Shown here piece by piece: positions 52,757-60,844 of a DNA stretch of 64,000 nucleotides. Every line of letters starts with the position of its first letter. Position 1 is the first letter of the stretch. Source of the stretch: an uncultured delta proteobacterium. GTDB lineage: Bacteria > Desulfobacterota > Syntrophorhabdia > Syntrophorhabdales > WCHB1-27. A program made the translations under genes and the position numbers. The notes beneath the pieces were generated by a model, which saw nothing but the letters and a program-made list of their open reading frames with translations, was not told the DNA's origin and ran no database searches. The stretch lies in NCBI GenBank assembly GCA_963810935.1, contig CAWEPK010000005.1:306335-370334 (forward strand). The letters run 5' to 3'.

Positions 52757-54022
52757 CTATTCTTCGTCGAAGCGTATACCCTTCGTCTCTGGCCCGAGAA
52801 TAAGCAGGATCAGAAACACAAGGATGGCGATTCCGCTGAACACGTAAAAGCCCGCCCCAATTCCAAATTTAGAGGCGATAATGCCTACCAGAGTGGGGGC
52901 GATGACCGCACCCGAGCGCCCTAAGCCTGTGGCGAGCCCAACCCCCGTAGCCCTGGCCGAAGTAGGAAAAAGCTCTGTCGTGTAAGCCATGGCAGGACCA
53001 AAGACGCCGAGCACAAAAAAACCCGTGAGCGGACCGACCCACAGGAGGACGACAGGAGACGTGATATATCCGTAAAGAACACTGGTCACGGCGATACCAC
53101 AAAAGTAGAACGTCATAACGGGCTTTCTCCCGAATTTGTCATTCAAGAAACCACCCACCACCTGACCGACCCACGACCCTAAAACCCACAGTGCCATGAA
53201 GCCTGTCATTTTTGCCACCGTTAGGCCCCGTTGCGTCGCAAGATAAGTGGGTGACCAGATGGCGACTCCCCAATAGCACATGAGCGCCCCGATTTGAATG
53301 ACCAGCGCAGTAAGTGTATTTCTGATCAGTTTTGGTTTGAAAAGCTCTACCAGCGTAAAAGAGTTTTTGGGAACCTGTTTTTGCGCTGCCCGACTTCTCT
53401 TCCACATTTCCGATTCCTTCAGACTTTTAATCATGAAGAAACCAGTAATGACGCCAGGTACAGCGCCCATGATAAAACATATCTTCCATCCCCATTCGCC
53501 GGCTATATCCCTATAATAGAGTCCGATTGTACCTGTGACAGCAATGGCGAGGAGAAAGCCGAGAGGGTACCCGCTGTTCATGAAACCAACCATCCTACCC
53601 CGCTTCTCAGCAGGCACATGCTCCGAAAGCATCGCGAGGCCAACGGGCCATTGTCCTCCTGTTCCCAAGCCTGCCATAGCCCTCATAATGCCGAAGGAAT
53701 ATATGTTGCTGGTAAATGCCGCGAGCCCTGTGAAAATGGAGTAAACAAAAGTCGTAATCCACAAGAGCGGTTTTCGTCCTGCGTAGTCGGCAATGACAGA
53801 GGCTATGATGCTGCCTGAGGCATGACCGATCAAGAATAGGCTTCCAATTAGTCCAAGCTGTACTGTCGTCAAGTGCCAATCCATAAGTATCCAGGGCGCC
53901 ACCATTGCGAAGATCATCTGATCTAGACCGTCAAATAGCCAGCCCAACATGGTGATGGTAAAGACCACCCACATATACCTGTTCTTCTTTTCAGAAGCCA
54001 ACGATAGGTCTGATAGACTCAT
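52757..54022 (-). CDS. MFS transporter (aromatic/organic acid:H+ symporter-like)
   Basis: GWLFDGLD, ADYAGRK, ELFPTSARATG, PETKG. Confidence 0.9.
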   Translation of the reverse strand: MSLSDLSLASEKKNRYMWVVFTITMLGWLFDGLDQMIFAMVAPWILMDWHLTTVQLGLIGSLFLIGHASGSIIASVIADYAGRKPLLWITTFVYSIFTGLAAFTSNIYSFGIMRAMAGLGTGGQWPVGLAMLSEHVPAEKRGRMVGFMNSGYPLGFLLAIAVTGTIGLYYRDIAGEWGWKICFIMGAVPGVITGFFMIKSLKESEMWKRSRAAQKQVPKNSFTLVELFKPKLIRNTLTALVIQIGALMCYWGVAIWSPTYLATQRGLTVAKMTGFMALWVLGSWVGQVVGGFLNDKFGRKPVMTFYFCGIAVTSVLYGYITSPVVLLWVGPLTGFFVLGVFGPAMAYTTELFPTSARATGVGLATGLGRSGAVIAPTLVGIIASKFGIGAGFYVFSGIAILVFLILLILGPETKGIRFDEE

Positions 54023-54231
54023 ACACCCTCCTTTAGGCAAGACTGCTTTCTGCCTCCGACTCGGACTCAGCAACCGCTCTTGGCTTACCTAGCCTTCGTT
54101 CTCGTACGAGCATATTATTAGATAATATGTATTGTCAAGATTATTATCGTAACAATAATTATGCTTTATGATCTATGTACCATTGATATATCTATAGTTA
54201 TAGATGATTACTGCGAGCTCAAAGATGTTTA

Positions 54232-54260
54232 TTGCCTATTACAATACTATTAGATATAAT
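54232..54260 (+). promoter_or_regulatory. sigma70 promoter of the CoA-transferase operon with overlapping putative operator
   Basis: TTGCCT-N17-TATAAT; 54235-54254 resembles the palindrome at 56224-56243. Confidence 0.65.
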
Positions 54261-54355
54261 TGAAAAGCAATTTAAGTATCAGGCAGCAGGGCGTTTAATG
54301 AAATAGCTATCCCTCACCGGGAACACAGAACCAACAATACACTGGAGCAAAAGAA

Positions 54356-55333
54356 ATGAACGCTTACCCTGAAATAGAAGATAAACTCATGACGCTCGAG
54401 GAAGCGGTCCGAAGATTTGTTAAGGACGGCTCCCAAATCGCCCTGGGAGGCTTTACCGTCACGAGAAGCCCCATGGCCGTAGCCTACGAAATCGTCCGGC
54501 AGCGAATAAAAGACCTCCACATCGTGTGCCACTCCCCAGGACAGGCTTTTGATGTCCTGATCGGGGCCGGGTGCGTGAAAAGGGTGGAGCTCGCGTACGG
54601 AGGAAACGGAAGGTTCGCACCCACGTGCATAAGGTTCAAAAAGGCATGTCAGCGTTCCCAAATCGAATTTGAAGACTACTCAAACTACCAGATGAGCTTG
54701 AGATTTCTTGCCGGGGCCCTCGGGATGCCCTTTGTGCCTACCAAGTCGGGGCTCGGTACCGATCTTGTCAATTTTGAAGGGTTCTCAAGGGAGACGAGGA
54801 CCCTGCGCAAAATTGCTCCCAAAAAGTACTCGTTTATGCAAAATCCTTTTAATGACAAAGAAGATCGATATGTACTCCTTCCCGCCCTTAACCCGGATGT
54901 GACTATTATCCATGCCCAGTATGTAGGGGATGACGGGACCGTAAGGATGAAGGGACTCACCTTTGCGGACATCGAAGAGGCAAAATCGGCGGATACGGTC
55001 ATTGTCACTTGTGAGGAGATCGTGCCCCGATCCTTTATCAGGCATGACCCGGACCAGAACTCCCTTCCCGCATTCTTCGTCGATGCGATTATAAAGGCGC
55101 CGTACGGCGCCCACCCCACTGCATGCTACTCATTCTATGATTATGATGCAGCTCACCTCAACCTCTACAAAAAAGTTGCTGAAGACGACGCTTTGTTCAA
55201 GGAGTATCTTGATGAATGGGTGTACGGCATACCGTCTCACGACGCATATCTCGACAAGGTAGGTGGGGCAGCCCTTATCAGGATCAAGGCAAACAGCGTT
55301 CTCGGCTATACCCCCGGACTCGACAGGAAATAA
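54356..55333 (+). CDS. CoA-transferase subunit A (glutaconate CoA-transferase GctA-like)
   Basis: IALGGF, AGALGMPFVP...GLGTDL, PDVTIIHAQ, PYGAHPT. Confidence 0.9.
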   Translation: MNAYPEIEDKLMTLEEAVRRFVKDGSQIALGGFTVTRSPMAVAYEIVRQRIKDLHIVCHSPGQAFDVLIGAGCVKRVELAYGGNGRFAPTCIRFKKACQRSQIEFEDYSNYQMSLRFLAGALGMPFVPTKSGLGTDLVNFEGFSRETRTLRKIAPKKYSFMQNPFNDKEDRYVLLPALNPDVTIIHAQYVGDDGTVRMKGLTFADIEEAKSADTVIVTCEEIVPRSFIRHDPDQNSLPAFFVDAIIKAPYGAHPTACYSFYDYDAAHLNLYKKVAEDDALFKEYLDEWVYGIPSHDAYLDKVGGAALIRIKANSVLGYTPGLDRK

Positions 55334-55348
55334 GGAGGCATAAGGCTC

Positions 55349-56104
55349 ATGAATTATACAGACAACGAAATGATGGCAATAAGCGCCGGCCGGTTCACAA
55401 AAAACGGAGACATACTCTTTGCGGGAACAGGCGTGTCCATGCTTGCAGCCACGGTTGCGAAAAGAATCTATGCACCGAAGGCAGTGGTCTTCTTTGAGAC
55501 AGGCGGCATCGATCCTTCCCTTGAGGAGATTCCCATGGCGGTTGCGGACCCCAGGGTCATGAGCGGAACGGCACTCAACTCCGGCCTGATCGAGGCCTTC
55601 TCCATCGTCGGGCACAGAAGACTCCACACAATCGCCTTCCTGGGTGCAGCCCAGATCGACAGGTACGGCAATCTGAACACTACGAGCATCGGTGACTATT
55701 ATCATCCGAAGACACGCTTCTCGGGGAGCGGAGGCGCATGCGACGTCGCTTCCTTTGCTTCGGGGGTCATCACCTTCATGCAGCACCAGAAGCGAAGGTT
55801 CGTGGAGAAACTCGACTATCGCACAAGCCTCGGGTGGTATGAGGGCGGAGATTCACGAAGTACCCTCGGTCTCGCCCGGGGAGGCGCCCTCGCGGTGGTC
55901 ACGAATCTCGGTGTGCTGAAATTCGACGACAAGACGAAGGAAGCCTATCTCGCCGAATATTATCCGGGAGTAACCGTGGAAAAAATCATTGAAAATACGG
56001 GTTTCCCTCTTGATGCGTCAAAGGCGGTAGAAGCGGTTCCGCCCTCCGCTCAGCAACTTGGAATCCTGAGAGAAGAAGTGGACCCGCAGAGACTGATACT
56101 TTAG
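55349..56104 (+). CDS. CoA-transferase subunit B (GctB-like)
   Basis: FAGTG, FETGG (catalytic Glu), LGAAQIDRYGNLN, GSGGACD. Confidence 0.9.
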   Translation: MNYTDNEMMAISAGRFTKNGDILFAGTGVSMLAATVAKRIYAPKAVVFFETGGIDPSLEEIPMAVADPRVMSGTALNSGLIEAFSIVGHRRLHTIAFLGAAQIDRYGNLNTTSIGDYYHPKTRFSGSGGACDVASFASGVITFMQHQKRRFVEKLDYRTSLGWYEGGDSRSTLGLARGGALAVVTNLGVLKFDDKTKEAYLAEYYPGVTVEKIIENTGFPLDASKAVEAVPPSAQQLGILREEVDPQRLIL

Positions 56105-56115
56105 GCGGCCGGAAC

Positions 56116-56145
56116 GGGCAGGCTCGCGATTGCCCTTTCCTTTCC
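56116..56145 (+). terminator. Possible intrinsic terminator after the CoA-transferase operon
   Basis: GGGCA...TGCCC hairpin followed by TTTCCTTT. Confidence 0.4.
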
Positions 56146-56220
56146 CCGTTTGTCGGTGTAGTGCGAAAGAGGATGGCGCCTTGTCAAGATTTCCGGCGAT
56201 AGAGGCAACGAAGATTGCTC

Positions 56221-56250
56221 TTGTCTAATAGCGTTCTATTAGGATATAAT
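56221..56250 (+). promoter_or_regulatory. sigma70 promoter of the XRE regulator with palindromic operator
   Basis: TTGTCT-N18-TATAAT containing CTAATAG-N4-CTATTAG. Confidence 0.65.
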
Positions 56251-56287
56251 TAAAAGGTATCTTAAATATAATCAGAGGCGTCGCTTC

Positions 56288-56728
56288 ATGACCATAGCTG
56301 CAAAGTTGAAAAAACTGAGAAAACTTCGAGGTCTTAGCATGACGGATCTTTCGAAGGACTCAGGCGTGCACCAGACAACGATCTCCGCAATCGAAGGAGG
56401 CAAGCACAATTCTCCAGGTATTGACACGATTGAGCGGCTGGCAAAGGCGCTTCGCATTTCTCCGCTCTATTTTTTTGAGAGCAGGATCCAAACGCCTTTT
56501 GACGTTATAGAAAATATGCCTTCAGAAATAGCGGATTTTCTGCTTCAAGCTGAGTCCCTGCCCTACCTGCTTCTGAGTAAGAAAGCCCACGACGACGGCA
56601 TATCCAGCCGGACCATTGAGAAACTTCTTCATATACTTCAGGAGAACTATAGCGAGAAATTACTCACGAAGGATATCGGTGAGTCACGGGAAAGACCACG
56701 AAGGACGTTTAAGCCAAGGAAGACCTAG
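56288..56728 (+). CDS. XRE family HTH transcriptional regulator
   Basis: LKKLRKLRGLSMTDLS...TISAIEGG...PGIDTIERLAKAL. Confidence 0.9.
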   Translation: MTIAAKLKKLRKLRGLSMTDLSKDSGVHQTTISAIEGGKHNSPGIDTIERLAKALRISPLYFFESRIQTPFDVIENMPSEIADFLLQAESLPYLLLSKKAHDDGISSRTIEKLLHILQENYSEKLLTKDIGESRERPRRTFKPRKT

Positions 56729-56745
56729 ATTGGGCGGAGGTTTTA

Positions 56746-57330
56746 GTGAAAGCAAGAATCGATGACTTCTATGGCGAAATAGAATGGATATGGACGGGAG
56801 ATGCACTTTTCATCGACGCCGACCACGGCTACATAGAGGACCTCATGCGTATTTCCTCTGACGAGATTGAGGAGTTGGTGACACTGATCCACGGGGAGAC
56901 GATCGACGCTAAGAGTCAAATTCCTCAGCTCAAGGAGCTTCATCGGAGACTCAATTATAAGTACGAACAGATTTACATCTCTGATGATAATGGTGATTAT
57001 TTCAACGCTAATGGCCAAACCAACAATATCAAGGATCGGGCCTATTTTCACGAGGTGATGAAGGGGAGTACAGTCGTGAGTGAGCCGCTGATTAACAAAT
57101 CCACAAAAAATCCTATAATCGCAGTGGCTACCCCGATCAAAAACGAAAGAAGCGTCATAGGATTGTTTGGCGTTACCGTCCTGCTTGGTTCCTCTCTCAA
57201 AGGACTGAGGTTCTTGCGCGTCACGACTTGCTCTAGAAAGAAGAAAAGCAGCAAAGGAACCAACAAGTACTGCCACAGGACTGGATTAAAGAACACTTAT
57301 ACTAAGAAAGCGGTTCAGGTCTTAAAGTGA
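56746..57330 (+). pseudogene. dCache sensor-domain remnant (no TM or output domain)
   Basis: DRAYFHEVMKG...VSEPLINKSTKNPIIAVATPI...GLFGVTV motif, then degenerate tail. Confidence 0.55.
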
Positions 57331-57729
57331 GGTTTGTTACACTCACAATCCGCAAGGGGCTGCATGCCCATCATTCCAGCTTGACGGCAGCCGTATCTTT
57401 CTGCTCGCGGATTTTGACCCGAGCCAGCCGGGAAAGAGAGCGCTTTTCTCTCCCGTTCCTCCGGGGACGCCATAGGGACACCCGTAAATACATAAATAAC
57501 TCACAGCTCATACCCATTCTCACGGGCTATTTTCTCTCCCCTTTCAACGGAGTATCCCACCGCAGGCGCAGTCACATGGGGGACATCCTATAGTTCCTCC
57601 TGTCAAGCATAAAGGGCAGTCATAACGATCTTGACGGCTTAGCTCTCCGGCCCCTTCACGCGGGTGCACCTCGCCTCTCGCCTTGTTCCGCGCTCCTTTC
57701 ATCGGTCGGCGAGTCTCTCACCTAAAAGC

Positions 57730-57880
57730 GAATCCGCGCCTCAGCGTTATCAGTATCCGGCATGCACAAAGGCCGCCTATCATCCTTTATCCAGGCTGCA
57801 TGATTCAGGTGGGAGGCCCAGGATTGTCCCACACGGGGTCTTACCGCCCCTACGTTGTTGCTCGGGCTCTCCCGCCGGAT
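57730..57880 (-). ncRNA. Predicted IS110 bridge RNA (target- and donor-binding loops); ends approximate
   Basis: Guides CAACAACGU/GGGAC match the target; UAAAGGAUG/AUAAC match the circle junction. Confidence 0.75.
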
Positions 57881-57898
57881 GGTAAATCTTTTATAACC

Positions 57899-59161
57899 CT
57901 ACTCTATGCACCCCGGATTGAATACCTCCTTCTTCTTCATGAGCGTCCAGGCGATGACTAGTAGCTTCGCCGCAAGCTTTATCCTCATCTTCATGCCTAT
58001 CCCCTTCTCTTTCTCCCTGCCTTTGAGCTTGTTCGTGAAGTAGGTCATGAACTGTCTATTTCTGGTGGAGGCGATGAGCGCAGCCTGGTAGAGGCCGTAG
58101 CGGAGGTCGGCTTTTCCCCTTTTTGAAATGACGGGTGCGACTTCTGTCCTCTTCCCGCTCCTATCCGCACTGAGATCGAGGCCGGCGAGCTTCAGCACCT
58201 GTCTGTGGTTCTCGAACCTGTAGGGATCGCCTAACGCCCCTATTACCTTCGCAGATATGTCGGGGCCGAAGCCGGGAATGCTCATAAGGAAGGGGTACTC
58301 GGCAAACCTCCTGCATACTTCCGCAATTTTCCTGTCCGTCTCCAGTATCATGATATGAAGGCCTTTAAGTCCGTCGAGGAGGGTTGATGCTTCGAAGGCC
58401 ACGGATGGATGGGCGGCGCAGCCTATAGAGACGGCCGCTTTCGAGTGGATCTCCTTAAGACGGCTTACCTGATTTGAGTTTCCAGGGGAGACCATGCGAA
58501 CTAACTCCAGGAACGTGAGGCCCGCAATCTTCTTCGGGTTGAGACAACGGACAAGATCGGAGCCTTCGGCATTATCGACGTAGGCATCCATTTCAGGGAA
58601 GTACTGGGCTATGAGATGATTCCTGATCCTGACCTTGTAGCCCTGCTGGAATTTTTTGAGTCTTCGTTTCAGAGAGAGCAGGCTCCGGAGCTCTCTGAGG
58701 TCGAACGAAGGAAGCTCATAAAAGAGGAACTTGCCCTGGATAATGAGATCGGCCACATTGGCGGCGTCCTTCGTGTCATTCTTGTCCCACCTGCCGTCTA
58801 AGAGCTCGCGATTCTTCTTGACCGCGGTGCCGGCGACGAGCACGACATGTTGACCGTGTTCGATCAGGTACTCTCCGAGTGGTTTGTGGTAATCCGAGGT
58901 AGGTTCCATTCCGAACACGACGTTTGCAAGACTGTGCTGCTTCTTGAGAATGTCCGCCTGGAAGATAAGCCTCTCGAAGCCCTCCTTGCTGTTGTCGAAG
59001 ACCAGCCTGTGCAGAAGGGTCTTACCAGCAGTGGTGCCGAAGAAGGCATGATGGCGCTCTTTGGCTATGTCCGTGCCCGCCACCAGATACTCCGTCGACC
59101 CACGAATCTCGCGCTTCAATTGACGAAACTCCCTAAGCCTGCTATCATCGGTTCTGTCCAT
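57899..59161 (-). CDS. IS110 family transposase/recombinase
   Basis: DEDD: GTDIAK, GMEPT, KNDTKDA; SIPGFG; DRSGK; ISKRGKADLR. Confidence 0.95.
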   Translation of the reverse strand: MDRTDDSRLREFRQLKREIRGSTEYLVAGTDIAKERHHAFFGTTAGKTLLHRLVFDNSKEGFERLIFQADILKKQHSLANVVFGMEPTSDYHKPLGEYLIEHGQHVVLVAGTAVKKNRELLDGRWDKNDTKDAANVADLIIQGKFLFYELPSFDLRELRSLLSLKRRLKKFQQGYKVRIRNHLIAQYFPEMDAYVDNAEGSDLVRCLNPKKIAGLTFLELVRMVSPGNSNQVSRLKEIHSKAAVSIGCAAHPSVAFEASTLLDGLKGLHIMILETDRKIAEVCRRFAEYPFLMSIPGFGPDISAKVIGALGDPYRFENHRQVLKLAGLDLSADRSGKRTEVAPVISKRGKADLRYGLYQAALIASTRNRQFMTYFTNKLKGREKEKGIGMKMRIKLAAKLLVIAWTLMKKKEVFNPGCIE

Positions 59162-59365
59162 AGAAACCTCCTTGTTAAGGGTAGTGTGATGTTGGCGCAT
59201 CACTTCCCGCATCTTAACAGGAGGTTTCTCTTTTATGGAAGAAACTGGTGTTCCTTCGACAACTCCCGGTCATGGGAATATATAACGTAGTTGACTAACG
59301 TGACTCGTCCTCCCTTCTCTGCATGATCTTTGACACGCCCGAGGTGCTGATGCCCAGATTCGCGC

Positions 59366-59405
59366 CATAGTGTAGCACACGGAAGGGAAGTTAAAAAAGA
59401 GGCTT
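59366..59405 (+). repeat. Right 40-bp direct repeat bounding the island
   Basis: CATAGTGTAGCACACGGAAGGGAAGTTAAAAAAGAGGCTT. Confidence 0.85.
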
Positions 59406-59407
59406 TT

Positions 59408-59450
59408 AACAAAGAAAGTCCCCGGCACCTTATCGGATGCAGGGGACTCT
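59408..59450 (-). terminator. Intrinsic terminator of rplC
   Basis: rc: AGTCCCCTGCATC...GGTGCCGGGGACT then TTCTTTGTT. Confidence 0.65.
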
Positions 59451-59484
59451 TGAAATCAGATTTGTTTAAGCCGCGAATCCGGCG

Positions 59485-60130
59485 TTACGCCCTCTTGACC
59501 GCCTTTTTCAGAATGAGGTAGCCGTTCCTCGGGCCCGGCACTGCGCCGCGGATCATTACCAGATTCGTGTCGCCGCGTACGTCGACAACTTTAAGGCTCT
59601 GCACCGTGACTTTCCGGTTGCCCATGCGGCCCGCCATCTTCCGGCCTTTCAGGGTCCTACCGGGGGTCGTGTTATTACCTATCGATCCGCCGTGGCGGAA
59701 AAACTCGTGCGTCCCGTGGCCTCCGGGGGCGCCCGAGAACTTGTGCCTCTTGATTACGCCTGCGGTTCCCTTTCCAATAGAGACGCCCGTCACATCGACA
59801 AAATCGCCCGGCTTGAACAGGTCGATGGGCACCTCGCTGCCCGCCTCGAACCCGTCCAGTTCGTCGCCCTTTACCCTGAATTCCTTCAGCCTTACCATCG
59901 GAGGAAGGCCTGCTTTCTTGAAATGGCCCGTGCGGGGCTTGTTGGCCCTGGAAACCTTCGCGATCTCGCCGAAACCGAGCCTGCACGGCGCTGTAGCCGT
60001 CGCTCTCGACGCTCTTCTTCTGCACGATCAGGCAGGGGCCTGTCTTTACAACCGTAACGGGGATCATGACGCCGTTTTCGCCGAAAATCTGCGTCATTCC
60101 CAACTTCTTACCGAGCAACCCGATGGCCAT
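59485..60130 (-). CDS. rplC: 50S ribosomal protein L3 (one extra base at ~59980)
   Basis: [49 protein letters not shown]. Confidence 0.96.
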
Positions 60131-60151
60131 CTTACACCTCCGAAGAGTACT

Positions 60152-60179
60152 ATTATAGTCAAAAATACGCCAAAGTCAA
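60152..60179 (-). promoter_or_regulatory. sigma70 promoter of stand-alone rplC
   Basis: TTGACT-N16-TATAAT, then GGAGG RBS. Confidence 0.65.
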
Positions 60180-60289
60180 GCCGCTGATATGCGTAGGCCG
60201 GGGGAGCACACCTCCCACTCCTTGATTTCATACAGCGGAGGCACTATGTTTCGGAAGCGAAAAGCCCAAGGACGGTCGGGGAGGTAACC

Positions 60290-60814
60290 ATGGAAAGCCG
60301 TGATCTGATCGACAGACTAAGTTCCCTTATGAAGCTGGACCACGACGCGCTGTCTGCGTACGACAAGGCCGCTGCTGCGGTGAGGGACCAAGATCTGCAG
60401 GACACCCTGCTGCGCTTCCGGCATGAACACGAGAGGCACGTCGGAGACTTCGGCGAGGCGATCAGGAGGGAAGGCGGCGAGCCGCCCGACATGTCGATGG
60501 CGCCGCGTGGCGTCTTCTTCGAAGGGATGACCGCAGCGGAAGGGGCGATGAGCGACCGCGACATTCTGGATGCCTGTGCGACGGGAGAGAAATACGTCGG
60601 ATACAAGTACAGGCAGGCGGCCAATGAGGACTTCCCCGGCCGGATAATGGTCCTGATCGAAAGGCATTACGCAGACGAGCGGCGCCACCTCGCTTTTATC
60701 GAAAGCAGGCTTGGCGTTGCGGCGAGCGGTCTCGGCCTGGGAAGAACGATAGGCTTACTGGCCCTGGGCGTTGCGGCGGGCGCAGTCATCGGCAGGCAGA
60801 TCGCCTCCCGATAG
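60290..60814 (+). CDS. Ferritin-like domain protein with C-terminal membrane helix
   Basis: LDHDALSAY, EHERH, DERRH di-iron-type motifs. Confidence 0.8.
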   Translation: MESRDLIDRLSSLMKLDHDALSAYDKAAAAVRDQDLQDTLLRFRHEHERHVGDFGEAIRREGGEPPDMSMAPRGVFFEGMTAAEGAMSDRDILDACATGEKYVGYKYRQAANEDFPGRIMVLIERHYADERRHLAFIESRLGVAASGLGLGRTIGLLALGVAAGAVIGRQIASR

Positions 60815-60844
60815 CCGGCCTCACACCCAGCGCCGGCTTCCTCG

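Larger units (their letters stand above)
57585..59286 (-). mobile_element. IS110 family (IS1111-type) insertion sequence, 1702 bp
   Basis: Removing it at the repeated AC dinucleotide (57583-84 / 59285-86) regenerates an intact GTCCCC-type end. Confidence 0.85.
50568..59365. mobile_element. Genomic island (~8.8 kb) with HUH-transposase remnant, GTCCCC ends, catabolic cargo and IS110
   Basis: Flanking direct repeats, AT-richer genes, two transposase-family genes. Confidence 0.75.

Noticed and set aside
59417..59448. GTCCCC...GGGGAC hairpin as another cassette end
   Set aside because: Lacks the upstream ACGT/CAAC context; its position and T-tract fit the rplC terminator
2950..60130. Frameshifted rplN, rplC, grpE, malQ etc. 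as true pseudogenes or programmed frameshifts
   Set aside because: Essential genes are affected, there are no slippery sequences or other decay, and the indels cluster on AGCT, so sequencing error is more likely
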